Shown: positions 1-12,370 of the stretch, piece by piece
Position numbering within the stretch: the first letter of the stretch is position 1
How the letters are laid out: every line of letters starts with the position of its first letter
Origin: Octopus sinensis
Lineage: Eukaryota
Direction: 5' to 3'
Length of the DNA stretch: 64,000 nucleotides
NCBI RefSeq assembly: GCF_006345805.1
Contig: NC_043011.1
Coordinates: forward strand, 10,850,001 to 10,914,000
Made by a program: the position numbers and the translations under genes
Notes under the pieces: model-generated
Database searches by the model: none
What the model was told of the DNA's origin: nothing
The model's input: the letters and a program-made list of their open reading frames with translations, nothing else

Positions 1-780
1 AACAATGACGACGCCAGCAACAACGTCACAATTATGACACTGATATCGGATTTGTCTCAAGAAATTCTTTTAAACCTACTTCTACAACCACCACTACTAC
101 TACTACAGTTTGTCGAAAGGAAATCGACTGCATTCACTTTTTTTGTTTCAAAACATAAAACCTTTCATACATCTACACACAAGCAAACACACACACACAC
201 AAGCAAACACACACTCATACGCGCGCGTGCGCGGACAACAAGGAAGTTTGTGGGAAAACGAAACAACGCAAACGAACGAGCACAATTCTGATCTTTTCAT
301 CAGATGTCAACAGTAAATTATCGCAATTTCGCTGCGCGCCCACGCTCACACATGGGCACGCAAGCGCACACACACACACAGGCTGCACCAAGCAGCCAAG
401 AACAAAATTAAACGCAAAGAAAAACGAAAACATGAAAATAGGCGGGGGAATGAACATACGCCAAGAAAACGGGCACACACATTCCATACTTCATAAGATA
501 CTCTCAACCTAATGATTGTCCTGATGGGATTGCAAATCAGGATCAAGTGTCACTTCTTTATATTGTACATGCTCTTACTAAGCTCTAAACAAGCCCTGGG
601 CACTGCGAGGGACAACTGACCAGTCCTCTCACTGACGACGTTCTTGGTGCAGAAGTCTAAAAGATTTAAATGAGGACACTTCATGATGTTAGGCATTCCA
701 CAATTAGTCAGTCCTCCAGTTTGGGCCTTGCAATATCCAAACTGCCATTCCTACACCCCCACCTCATCACAGGGAACATA

Positions 781-2054
781 CGAGGGGCGTTCAATAAGTA
801 ATGCCCCTGACCCACTTGCCATAGCAGTAGAGCAACGAAACTTGGCACAGTTATTAGTCTTTTTCTACATAGGAACCACCCAGAGTTACGCATTTCTCCT
901 ATCGTTTGATGCAGCTCTGGAGACCGTTTTTGTAGAAGACCACGACGTAACTTCAGAAATCAAGGCTGCATCATCTGGGAAACGCTTTCCTTTCAAAAAC
1001 AACTTCATGGCTGGGAAGAGGTGAAAATCAGAGGGTGCAAGGTCAGGAGAGTAGGGGGAATGGGAGAGGAGTTCATAGCCGCACGCCTGTGCTTCTGATC
1101 TGGCGACACGTGAGTTGTGGACCGGAGCGTTGTCCTGCAGGAGGAGGATGCCTTTTCTGATCTTGCCCCGCCTCTTGATTTTGATAGCTTCTCTTAATTT
1201 CCTCAAAAGTGAAGCATAATAGACTCCTGTAATTGTGGCACCCTTTGCCAGGAAATCTGTCATCACTACTCCGTCCTGGTCCCAGAAGACTGTGAGCATG
1301 ACCTTGCCAGCGGAGGGCTGCACTCTTGCCTTCTTTGGAGGAGGTGAGTCACAGTGCTTCCACTGCATTGACTGGGCTTTGGTCTCTGGATCATAGTGAT
1401 GGACCCAGGTTTTATCCTGTGTAATCAGTCTTTTGAAAAATTTTGACTCATCTTCTTGGCACATCTCCAAATTCATCCTCGAGCACTCGACGCGTTCTTG
1501 CTTCTGGAAAGGTGTGAGCAACCTGGGAATCCATCTGGCACACACCTTTTGCATACGCAAATGGTCATGAATGATAGTTTCCACAGACCCGGTACTAATC
1601 TTGACCGCATGGGCTATTTGGCGAATAGTTATGCGTCGATATTCCAAAATGGCAGCCTCAATTTGACGGACAGATGCCTCATCAATGGCAGAAGAGGGGT
1701 GACCAGATCTGGGAGCTGTTTCCACAGAGTTCCGACCATGTTGGAATTCACGATGCCAGCGTTTTGCAAGGTCATATGATGGGGCATCATCACCAAAAGT
1801 TACTTTCATTTCATCAAAAGTCTCCCGTGGTGTGCGTCCTTTCAAATACAAAAATCGGATCACTGCTCGACACTCAACAGGCTCCATTTCACACTTGACT
1901 CAGTTCAAACACCTGTAAATCAGAAACCACAATTAGGTCAGAGCTGTAATTTGCCACTTAATCTATAGAGATATAAATAATTACACATGAAAAATTTCAG
2001 CTAGATCAAACAACTGCAAGTGGGTCAGGGGCATTACTTATTGAACGTCCCTCG
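781..2054 (-). mobile_element. Mariner DNA transposon, full length (1274 bp)
   Basis: 39-bp TIRs at 781-819 (cgaggggcgttcaataagtaatgcccctgacccacttgc) and 2016-2054 with 1 mismatch; TA on both flanks; internal transposase. Confidence 0.97.
854..1887 (-). pseudogene. Mariner DD34D transposase with disrupted C-terminus
   Basis: WIPRLL, ITQDKTWVHHY, LQDNAPVH and YSPDLAPSDFHLF motifs, with 34 aa between the last two Asp. After EVTSW the frame shifts; the expected tail FYKNGLQSCIKR*EKCVTLGGSYVEKD* is in another frame and contains an internal stop. Confidence 0.93.
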
Positions 2055-2984
2055 TATATCTAATGTCTCTGTGCACCACATTTCTGAATAAGAAATGACA
2101 TATTTAAAATTTGGTCAATAGTATAGTATTATGTTAGTTTGCTTTCTATTTAGTGTCTGCTAAAGTTTGTGCACACACACACACATGTATATCATTCAAT
2201 CTATCAACTCATGTGCAAATTTTATATTTGTTTACAGCTCAATCCGTGTGAGCCATCTCTCACAAACATAAAGTCACCCATGCCAATACAATAAATGCAC
2301 CACCCACAAAAACAACAGAAACCACTTATATTGTAGACTACAGAATGGATGAATGTGTCATTAAAAAACTGTGTACAGCTGTACCAAGTCAGTCTTATAA
2401 ATGCCTATGCATGTTACTCCAACTAATGTAGCTAAAGAAAGTGAAGGGAAGTTCACCCCAGGGCAGTATTTGGTGGATGGTACTTTACAAACGTATTATT
2501 GTAGTGTTTTCCATGTGAGAAAGGGATACAAGGGCTATCCCAAGTAACCAGAGTTTTACTCCACTGGTTGCACCAATACTGAAGTCATTAAGATACTGCA
2601 GGACTGTTTAAATCATTCTAATACTTCTTGCTATATGTGTGTGTGTGGTGATCTAATCTTTAATCCCACTGATGTAACTTTACACTATTCATAACTCAAT
2701 GCTATGAACATTGTTTCAGTTGTGTAGTGAGTGATGAAAACAATAGTCAAGCTTAATTAAATATTTCATGTATCACCATCAATGAGACCAACTCCACTCA
2801 GTGCTCAACTTCCAGTCCCAAATCCTGTTGAGAATATTACTTTAAGTGAAAAGGAATCATGTGAAATTTAAGTATATCACAAGGAAAAAGATGAAATATT
2901 TCTGATCTAACATTCTAAGTTACATATTTCTTGTCTGGACTTGTTTAATAATTAAGTTTATCTTGTTGTGGTGACCACTGACCA

Positions 2985-3575
2985 CTGTGACATTCATCCT
3001 AGGCTGCATGGATTACTGCTCACAGCTATGGTCACCCACCAGTGTGAAATTAACAGTGGACCTTGAAGCAATCCAGAGAAGATTCACAAAGAAGATCGTC
3101 TCTTTGCAACTGCTCAGCTACCGGGAAAGGCTGAAACAGCTAAGACTCTACTCCCTGGAGAGAAGGTGGGAGAGGTATGCAGTAATATATATCTGGAAGA
3201 TCCTTGAAGGAACTGTGCCAAATTTTGGCATTGAAAGCTACACCAATGCCAGAACAGGACGACACTGCATAGTGCCAAAGATCCCAGCAACGCCATCGCA
3301 CTTCAGGACCAGTTACTGCAACAGCCTGGGTTTCAGGGGCCCACAGCTTTACAAAGTAGATATAGGTGTTTTTAAATCAAAGATGGACCTCTTCCTGTCG
3401 AGAGTCCCAGATGAACCTACCTCATGGCAAGAGGTGCAAGTGAGGGTAGGTACATCAAACTCCATTCTTCACCAAGTGCCACATATTAGAGGAGGCTCTC
3501 AGTAATAACAGTGTAGCAAAACGGTGGTGCATCAGCTTGGCGGCAGCTCTGAGCTGAAACTACAGAAAAATTTTT
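2985..3575 (+). mobile_element. CR1/L2-type LINE, 3' fragment
   Basis: DYCSQLWSP...LEAIQRRFTKKI...LYSLERR peptide matches the copies at 43.7-45.7 kb and 52.2-55.1 kb; ends in the family 3' motif cagctctgagctgaaac. Confidence 0.9.
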
Positions 3576-3578
3576 TTT

Positions 3579-3580
<2 letters not shown>

Positions 3581-3632
<52 letters not shown>
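3581..3632. repeat. (TA)n microsatellite
   Basis: Pure TA run between the CR1 3' end and an RTE copy. Confidence 0.95.
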
Positions 3633-3635
<3 letters not shown>

Positions 3636-6345
3636 GAAAGGCGGCATGTTGATGTAAGGTGCATCCAAGAGATCAGGTAGAGAGGAGCTTCAGCCATGTT
3701 CCTCATGGGCAAGACATAGGAGTAAAAACTCTTCTGAGAAGGTAACAGTAAAGGAGAAGGTGGAGCGGGCTTACTTCTTGCTGAGAAATGGGTGGATAAG
3801 GTTATAGAGCTAGTTAGAGAATGCAATAGAGTACTGAAGCACAGGCTAGTCTTGCAGAATAGTATAGCTACAATTATATCAGCCTACTCCCCACAAGTAG
3901 GTCTACCAAATAAACAGAAGGACCACTTTTATGATAATCTTCTGTAGGTTACCTCCAAGACAAGTGATAATGATTTTATCTTCATGGCTGGGGACTTTCA
4001 TGGGCATGTTGGATAGCAGCCCAGTATCTACCATGGTGTTCACGGGAGCCATGGAATTGGTTCCCAAAACAAGGAGGGAACAAGACTGCCGGAGTTCTGT
4101 CTTGCAAATAACCTATTGATCTGCAACACCAACTTCAGGAAGCCAGCTAGCAAAATCGATTTCATTCTCACTAGGCAAATGCAAACACTCTCCCTAGTGA
4201 AGAATGTACCACCCAGCATAGACTAGTCATTAGTGACTTTAGACTCTAGGCCAGAAGTAAGCCAAGAAGCAGACCAATATGGAAAAGAAGGATTTGGAAG
4301 CTTAAGGACCCTTCAAATGATCAGAGATTTAGAGACATCGTAATTGTAAAAGTTTGATAAGAGGGAGAGTCAGCTACAAACTTGTGATATAGAGGGCAAC
4401 TGGGAATTCCTGTGGGATAGCTTGTTGAGCACACAGACCAAAGCTGTGGCTAGTACAAAGTCCCTTCCAGACCTAGGGTAACGTGGTGTTGGAACAATAC
4501 AGGGCCATTAGAGCAAAGAAATAGGCCTGGAAGAGGGGGGGCAACAGGGAACTGTATCAGACAGCTAGAATGAAAGCTAGGAGACATGTATATCTAACCA
4601 AGGGAGTTGCAGAAAAGACGTTTGCCTTTGTTGAGCACCATGAGGGCCAATGAACTGAAGTATTTTGGATTGCAAGACAGTGTGTGAGAGAAAATTGTGA
4701 TGTCATAGGTGAGAAATGTGTCTGTATGGATGATGGTGCACTTGCTTTTAATGAGTCTGCAAAAAAAGGGGCTTGGAGATACCATTATGAAAGACTGCTG
4801 AATGTGGAGAATGAATGGGAGGAGGAGAGTCTGCTATTCAAATTCACAGTACCCTGATAGATAAAGCAATTAAGGATATGAAGACAGAAAAACCCCTGGC
4901 CCATCAGGAATCACCTCTGAGATGCTTAAAATATCTGTCGGTGTGGTTTATGGTCTAGTCACATGTTTTGTAAATCAAGTGGTTCATGAAGGAGTCATAC
5001 CCAATGACTGTTGTAGCAGCAGCACCATAGTCAACTGCTTCATAGGTAAAGCTGATGCCTTAGATAGAAATAATTACAGAGGTATCAAATTGCTGGATCA
5101 GATGATGAAAATTACAGAGTCATAGCCCAACTAATCAGGGAGAGAGTTAGTCTAGATGAGATGCAGTTTGGGTTTGTGCCAGGTAGAAGCACCACTGATG
5201 CTATATTTCTGGTAAGGCAACTGCAGGAGAAATACCTAGCCAAACATAAACCTTTGTACTTGGCTTTTGTTGACTTGGAGAAAGCTTTTGACAGAGTCCC
5301 CCAATCCCTTATCTGGTGGAAACTAGGGATAGACGAGTGGTTGATGAGAGCTGTACAAGCCATGTACAGGAACGCTATCAGTAGGGTGAGGGTGAGCAAT
5401 GAGTACAGTGAAGTAGTCAGGGTACAATTAGGAGTTCACCAAGGATTGGTGCTCAGCCCCCTCTTGTTCATCATAGTCCTCTTGGCAATGACTTTGCTCT
5501 TATAGCTGAATCACTAACTGAACTTGAGAAGAATTTCCAGGTATGGAAACAAGGTCTAGAATCAAAGGGCCTTAGAGTTAACCAAGCAAAAACCAAAGGC
5601 ATAGTAAGTAGGAAGGCAGACAAATTGCAAATCTGCTCATGTAGATAGCCCTGCTCAATCTGTAGAAAGGTGTAGGTCGAAATTCCATAAAATGCACCTA
5701 GTGTAAGCTTTGGACATACAAAAGGTGTAGAAACATCAAAGGAAAGTGAACAGAGAAACTATCCTTTGTATGTGGGAGGTTAGGGTTAGGTATAATAAGT
5801 GCTGAACATGTGTGGAAAAGAGACTCCATCAACTGCCAGTGGGGCAAGCTAGAGGTAGGAGATAGCTTCCAGTCTCTAGGCAACCAGGTTAGTAGTGGAG
5901 GTGGATATTCCAAGTGCATAGCTTTGAGAACAATATTAGGTTGGGCAAAGTTCAGAGAGCTCTTAACCCTGCTGGCAACAAAAGGCCTCTCTCTCAGAGT
6001 AAAAGGTAGATTGTTTGATGCCTGTATGCATTTTGAAAGTATGCTTTGCTGGACGTGCAATGCCAGTGTACATGTTCGGCAGAGTGTAAACATCTTGAGA
6101 AAAAAGTTAGGCATAACAGGAACAAGAGAGGTGACTGCATTGGCATGGTCATGTGATATGTATGGACGAGGACAGCTGTGTAAAGAAGTACTGATCTTTA
6201 ACTGTGGAGAGAACCTGTGGTAGAGGTAGACCCAGAAAGACATGGGAAGAGGTGGTGAAGCATGATCTTTGAACCTTGAACCTCAGAGAGGCAATGATTA
6301 GTGACCGAGACCTTTGACAATGTGCTCTGCTTAAGAGGACTCATC
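3633..6345 (+). mobile_element. RTE-clade LINE, old decayed copy
   Basis: Colinear with the 24.5-27.5 kb element: endonuclease remnants, MQFGFVPGRSTTDAIF, FVDLEKAFDRVP, LGVHQG. Many stops and frameshifts; deletion near 5490 removes the YADD region. Confidence 0.92.
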
Positions 6346-6393
6346 AAACTAAGCATACCCGTGCTGGTGCCACATAAGAAAATCAACCTTGAA

Positions 6394-6720
6394 TACTGGG
6401 CCTCACAGAGGCAAAGAGGCTGAGTTCCTTTCGAGTGTTGGGCTTCGTTGAGTGAAGTGGCTGATTTCCTTTTGAATGTTGGGTAGCAAGTAGCTGAGTT
6501 CCTTTCCAGCATTCTGTCTCATGAAGGCAAGTGGCTGAGTTCCTTTATTGCATTGGGTCTCATGGAGGCAAGTAGCTGAGTTCCTTTCGTGCGTTGGGTC
6601 TCATGGAGTTAAGTGGCTTAGTTCCTTTTGAGCGTTGGGCCTGGGCCTCATGGAGGTAAATGGCCAAGTTCCTTTCAAGCACTGGGCCTCATGGTGTTAA
6701 GTGGTTGAGTTCCTTTCGAG
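6394..6720 (+). repeat. 41-bp minisatellite, about 8 units
   Basis: gagttcc-like anchor recurs at 6422, 6463, 6496, 6537, 6578, 6619, 6666 and 6707 (spacing mostly 41); unit approximately gcgttgggcctcatggaggcaagtggctgagttcctttcga. Confidence 0.9.
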
Positions 6721-8964
6721 TATTATTCCTGGATAGCAAAGGCATATCATTCTAGGTGGGATGTAATGTATCTATTGCAGATCCAGGAGAAGCTACTGTT
6801 CCTGTCAATGGTGTTGATGCCCTTTAGCTTATGGGATATGTACCCATGCATTGCATTTTGTTGGCATGATGCCTGCTTCTCCTCCAATACATGGAATATA
6901 AAAATGTCGAAGGACCATCAATGGAACAGCCAAGAATATCCAATAAAGCATTTCATGAATGATATTACACTGACAACCAGGATCATTGAAAAGGGCAACG
7001 GGCTGCAAATATGCTAAAGCTACATAACATCATTTACTGGTGTGAATACCTGCTGGTTCTCATATACCTTTCACATATATGTCACTTCCCATAGATAGCA
7101 TTGTAAATAGTCTTTCTAATCCACTGGGGTAGATTGTACACATTTTGTGGCAGCTGCTGATGATATGGATGATATCTTCCACACTGGTATAGAAGAGTAG
7201 ACATTTTTTATCACAATATATCCTTCTATATTTCTTTTTCTCCCATTCCTTCTTCGCTGTTCCATCTTTCTTTCACTCTCTACTATATTTCTTCACCCTT
7301 CTCCTCACCCCTTTTGTTTTGAATGTGCTTGTACATTAAGAGGTGGGTGATATTGATTTCATCAACCTGATTTTAATACTTTGCTATTGTTTCCACCACC
7401 ACAAAAACTTCATGAACCCCCATTTCTCACTGCATGCAGTTTTACTGCCCTTTAGACAGGTGAAACTGATAGCCTTAGAAGAATGGCCACTTACACGAAG
7501 TCCTATTAGATATTCACAGTCACATTTTTGACGTCCTGAAACTCACGTATTGCCACTTCAACTCTTCCCAGTATTTATCTCTTCTCGGAGTTTTTTGGCT
7601 CATTTTCCAACGAGGTGTCTGTAATTCATATAATTTGGCCACTTTTGAACTGTACTTTTCTCCGTATCACTTCCTTTTAATTTCTAGCTTTCTTGCAAGT
7701 GTGAGCCAATAGCTAACAGAATCGTAGGGAATATTCTTCATCACTTCACTCTCAGACCTTCCAAATAACGCACGTCTTACTCTTTCCATGTATTATTCAC
7801 TCCAACCGCCCATGCATCCTCTTCCTGTTCCTAGCATCTTACATTCACTTCTTTATCATTTCCGCCAGCCGTTTTCGTTATTTTACTCTTCTCTCTATCT
7901 TCCGAATTAGACCGTGATCGTAGATCGTACTCCCGGCCTCTGAGATTAGCAATATAGAAATCCATAAAAGAGACACTTTCGATACATATCTACAAGAAGT
8001 AAATAATTTTGCAAAAGTGTTTAATGTGGGCGATCTTTGAGTATAACGTGCCACTTTCACTCTATAATTATTATCAGTTTGTTTAGAGGCTCTGTGATAA
8101 TATATTTATTTAGACACCTACAGTTCTTCAAAACCCAAAATGTATTACATTTGTTTTATATTATTATAACAATATTCGTTCGAACTGCTACAAATTGCAA
8201 CCAAATCTCCCTATAATCCCACTCTCTTTTAACAATATATATTTAAAAAAAATTTTTCCTCCTATCTTTATATAAAAACTGAACAATTACGAAAAATGAA
8301 TGCGAAATATCGTGAATATTGTAAATATTTTAAATATTTATGGTTGGGTATAATACGATAAAGATAAATCGAACATGTCAATTTGTATGTTTTGATTTAA
8401 AATATGTATTTTATTTGTTTTAACGTTTCTGTCTGCTCCTTACTTTTTGTATATAATCCGGCATAACACACACAATGACTTTGTTGCTTCATAACATCCA
8501 AATTTTTTTCGGATTTCTACGTTTTAGACGTCGGAGATCATGAATATGCAAAAAGAAATAAAATAAAAATAAGGATCTTTTCACTTTGACCGGCAGAATT
8601 TTAAATTAATTTCAACCGTCCCCATTAAAAGTTTTGATTTTCTTTACTTTAAATAAATCGTAGAGAATTGACGAACTTATGCAAATCGAAATTAAATACA
8701 AAAACATTAAAGTGAAAAGTATTTGCCTTCAGTAATCGTAAATAATAATGTAAATTAAATATACACCATTTTATGAGAAACTACCATTAAAGCATTCTTT
8801 CGATATAGCTCGACAAAATCAAAACATTTCGGGTATTTTCGTGGAAGAGTTCGATTCTGTTTTCGGTACTTGTCTATTGTCGTGGTCCCGGTTTCGCACA
8901 CGCGAATTCGCGCGCGCGCGCGCCAGACGTAGGTACTCGATACTCGAGATCCTACGAGGTGACT

Positions 8965-8998
8965 TGCGCATGCGCAGTGCAGAATTCGCGCATGCGCG
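8965..8998. promoter_or_regulatory. Two NRF1-like palindromic motifs in a CpG-rich patch (mirrored at 10473-10506)
   Basis: tgcgcatgcgca at 8965-8976 fits the NRF1 consensus YGCGCAYGCGCR; cgcgcatgcgcg at 8987-8998; local CpG density is far above the surroundings. Function is inferred. Confidence 0.5.
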
Positions 8999-9364
8999 TT
9001 AACCTCCCCCCCTAAAAAAAAAGGTGTTGGATTTCACTAAAAATATATGTGTGTGTGTGTGTGTGTGTGTATATATAACATTTTCAATTTTACACAAAAA
9101 AATTACATAGTCGCTTTCCTCGCGGATTTACAGATAAATGAATTAATTACTATTTTACAGAATAAAATTAATGAATTAATTATATAAATTAAATAATTAT
9201 TGAAAATTAATTAATATTAATAATATTTTTTGAACAAAGTAAATAATTTATAAAACTTGGTTAATAATTTTTTTTACACAAACGCGAACGTATATAATTT
9301 GTGAAACTTTTTTTTTTTTTACAGACGTATATAATTTGGTAAACTTAATGAATTAATTTCTTCT

Positions 9365-9785
9365 CATCATCATCATCGTTTAACGTCCGTTCTCCATGCC
9401 AGCATGGGTTGGACGGTTCGACCGGGGATCTGGGAAGCCAGAAGGCTGCACCAGACTCCAGTCTTATCTGGCAATGTTTCTACAGCTGGATGCCCTTCCT
9501 AACGCCAACCACTCCGAGAGTGTAGTGGGTGCTTTTTACATGCCACCCGCACAGGTGCCAGGCGAGGCTGGCAACGGCCACGGTCGGATTGGTGCCAGTC
9601 GAGGCGGCTCTGGCATCGGCCACGATTCGGATAGTGCTTTTTACGTACCACCAGTCCAGGGGTCCTGGCATTTGCCGGGTGTCACACTTGCCCCAACATG
9701 TCTTCGCAAGCAAAGGGGGTTGGCATGGGTGCCTGTCGTGGGATGAGGTTCGATATCAACTTCGCTTGCCTCAACAGGTCTTTGT
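9365..9785 (-). mobile_element. RTE LINE 3' UTR fragment
   Basis: (cat)n tail, aacgtccg...ccatgc.agcatgggttggac, ggatgcccttcctaacgcc and ~45-bp subrepeats, as in the RTE 3' ends at 29.6-29.85 kb and 33.8-34.4 kb. Confidence 0.85.
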
Positions 9786-10884
9786 GTATAAATGTATACA
9801 TTTTTCGCACTAAATTCTTTCCGTAGAATTTATCAAAAGACGCGCAAAATTATTCCGTAGAATTTATCAAATTAAAAAACGCAAAATTAATATATTTTTT
9901 GAAATTGCAAATTATTTAGAATATAAAACAAATGAAGTTAAATTTTAAAAATAAATGTCATATACTTATACTCTGTAAGGTGCTGTGTTCACACTTCAAT
10001 TTACTATTTTCTAGAAATGTTGCTTTTCTAATTGAAACAATTTTTCTCAATCTCCATTTAAAAGTCCATCATGTCTCTTGAGACATATCAAAATGAACAA
10101 CTTTGAATTACGCGGCGGTGGTGGTGGTGTGAGGTTCTAATTTTTTTTTCTGTAAAAAAAAAAAAAGTTTCACAAATTATATACGTTCGCGTTTGTGTAA
10201 AAAAAATTATTAACCAAGTTTTATAAATTATTTACTTTGTTCAAAAAATATTATTAATATTAATTAATTTTCAATAATTATTTAATTTATATAATTAATT
10301 CATTAATTTTATTCTGTAAAATAGTAATTAATTCATTTATCTGTAAATCCGCGAGGAAAGCGACTATGTAATTTTTTTGTGTAAAATTGAAAATGTTATA
10401 TATACACACACACACACACACACACATATTTTTAGTGAAATCCAACACCTTTTTTTAGGGGGGGGAGGTTAACGCGCATGCGCGAATTCTGCACTGCGCA
10501 TGCGCAAGTCACCTCGTAGGATCTCGAGTATCGAGTACCTACGTCTGGCGCGCGCGCGCGCGAATTCGCGTGTGCGAAACCGGGACCACGACAATAGACA
10601 AGTACCCTGTTTTCTGTTTGGAAATTTGCGGGTTTTACCTATGTAAAACACATGAAACAAATATGCAAGGCTTTTTTTTCAAGTTTAAAATGAGACATTT
10701 CGTTATATCTATTATATTCGGAAATACCCGAAGTGAAATGTTTTGATTTTGTGGAGTTATATCGAAAGAATGCCACCATTAATGCTTAATAATTAGTGTT
10801 ATAATTTTTTTTCTTACATATTTGTAATCTACATCTAAATCGTAGGAATCCGAAAAATGTATTTAAAAAAAATGCATTTTTCAA

Positions 10885-12370
10885 GGAGAGATCTTTTCCT
10901 TTTGAAGGCCAGATTTCAACACAATTTCTAGTGAACTAAACACTTAAAAACTTCGTAAACTGGTAGAATGTGTCAAAAGAAAACATTATTTTCACTTGGC
11001 TTTCTTGATAAATTTGTAATTCGTTTGTTTAACGTAGTTTATTTCAACAAATACCCTTTAGATGCTGTAGATTCAGAGTATTTAGAGATTTGTTGCAAAG
11101 AATTTTCTCGAAGGGTTGGGGAAAAAAGTTTCGGAAAATTTACACGATCCAACTTTTTTCCCTCACAACTTTCAGGAAAAGGGTATCTTTTAATGAAAGT
11201 TTATACAAATACTTTTCAAACAGCATAGATTACAATTATAGAGGCATTTGTGGGGAAAATTTTATCCGAGGGGTTGAAGAGAGGAGTTTCGTTTTTTCCC
11301 ATTTTTTTTATTCACCACAGCCATCGAAATAATAGCGTGGGGATGGGGACGTCTTTTGTATGAAAAATGGTGAAATTTTTTTATCCCCCCCCCCCGCTAC
11401 CTCATCATCCAACTCCGGACCGATTTTGGCAAATTCTTGTTGCCCTTAAAAATCATGGGATGAGCATTATTGGCTAAAAAAAATAATATTTTCAGAGGAA
11501 AAGGTGAGATTTAAGGAAGATTTGGCTGTTGTTTCTAGCATATCCCAAGACCACCCTCGTTTCTTTCTCACTCTCGCATGGATTGTTTTTTAATATTTTT
11601 CTCCCCATGAACACATTCTATAAAAAGAAAAATTTGAAAATGTATGCATTTTTTGTCAACCCCTACTTCCTGCGGCCAATTGTTTCTGTTTATAATTTAA
11701 AATCTTGGAGAGCCTGAGGTCATTGTTGGCATTTCTAGTGATTAAAAAAAAAGAGAGATGTAAAAGCTAATTCATTTTAATAGCATACTTTTCTGTTAGA
11801 AAATGGTTTTTCTTACACACACACACACGCCTTCACTCAATTGAGGTGAGGTAAAAATTTAAATTACCATTTTTTTTGTTGCTTATATCCCACCAATGGA
11901 CCACATGTGTATTACTTAGGCATCAACATTCCATGAAATGTGTTTAATGGGTGAAAAATATTGCAAAAACATCAATACATGTGAAATTGAAAACGGAGGG
12001 TTGTCTTGGGATGTGCTAGAAACAACAGCCAATCTTCCTTGAATTGCACACCTTTTCCTCCAAAAATATTTATAATTATCATTAGTTTTTTTTTTTTTTT
12101 TTTTTTTTACTGAAAAGGCTCCTCCCAATGGTTTTTAAATATCAAAACAAATTGTCCAAAATCGGTCCGTGAAAACAAATTTTTTTTTTATTTTTCATAA
12201 AAAGTTACCCCTCTCCCATCATTTCGGAGACTGATGGAAAAAAATTCCTTATCAAAACGGAGAAATTCCAACTTATATGGATTTCTTGATCTGAAACTCT
12301 TCCCCCACTCCTCAGAAAAATTTTCACCACTAATTTCTTTGCAATCGTAGTCTATACCGTTTGAAAGGTA
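10885..12370. mobile_element. Decayed fold-back/MITE-like non-autonomous element
   Basis: 10885-11030 matches the arm of the 41.5-42.4 kb fold-back (atcttttccttttgaa...tttctagt.aactaaacac); 11210-11440 and 12140-12370 are diverged inverted copies (ttcaaac.g.atagat.ac.att; cggaccgattttgg). Confidence 0.55.

Larger units (their letters stand above)
8865..10606. repeat. Long inverted repeat, ~460-bp arms (8865-9325 and 10149-10606), 823-bp spacer
   Basis: Arms are reverse complements differing only in homopolymer and microsatellite lengths in my by-eye comparison; weaker homology continues outward (about 8790-8840 versus 10720-10772). Confidence 0.95.

Noticed and set aside
180-440. CpG-rich stretch with cgcgcgtgcgcg near the window start
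   Set aside because: Possibly promoter-like, but no specific motif arrangement, exon or ORF supports a call.
290-660. CTGATGA (minus, about 297) and CTGACGA (about 630), also CTGATGA near 47808
   Set aside because: No downstream stem II plus GAAA-stem III-UH arrangement; chance heptamers.
2560-2700. Peptide EVIKILQDCLNHSNTSCYMCVCGD, faintly like a retroviral env CxxC region
   Set aside because: Short, partly made by a (TG)n run, flanked by stops and with no other env or pol evidence.
9974-9986. gtaaggtgctg identical to the candidate donor context at about 63621-63631 (minus)
   Set aside because: An 11-mer match with no extended similarity is plausible by chance in 64 kb.
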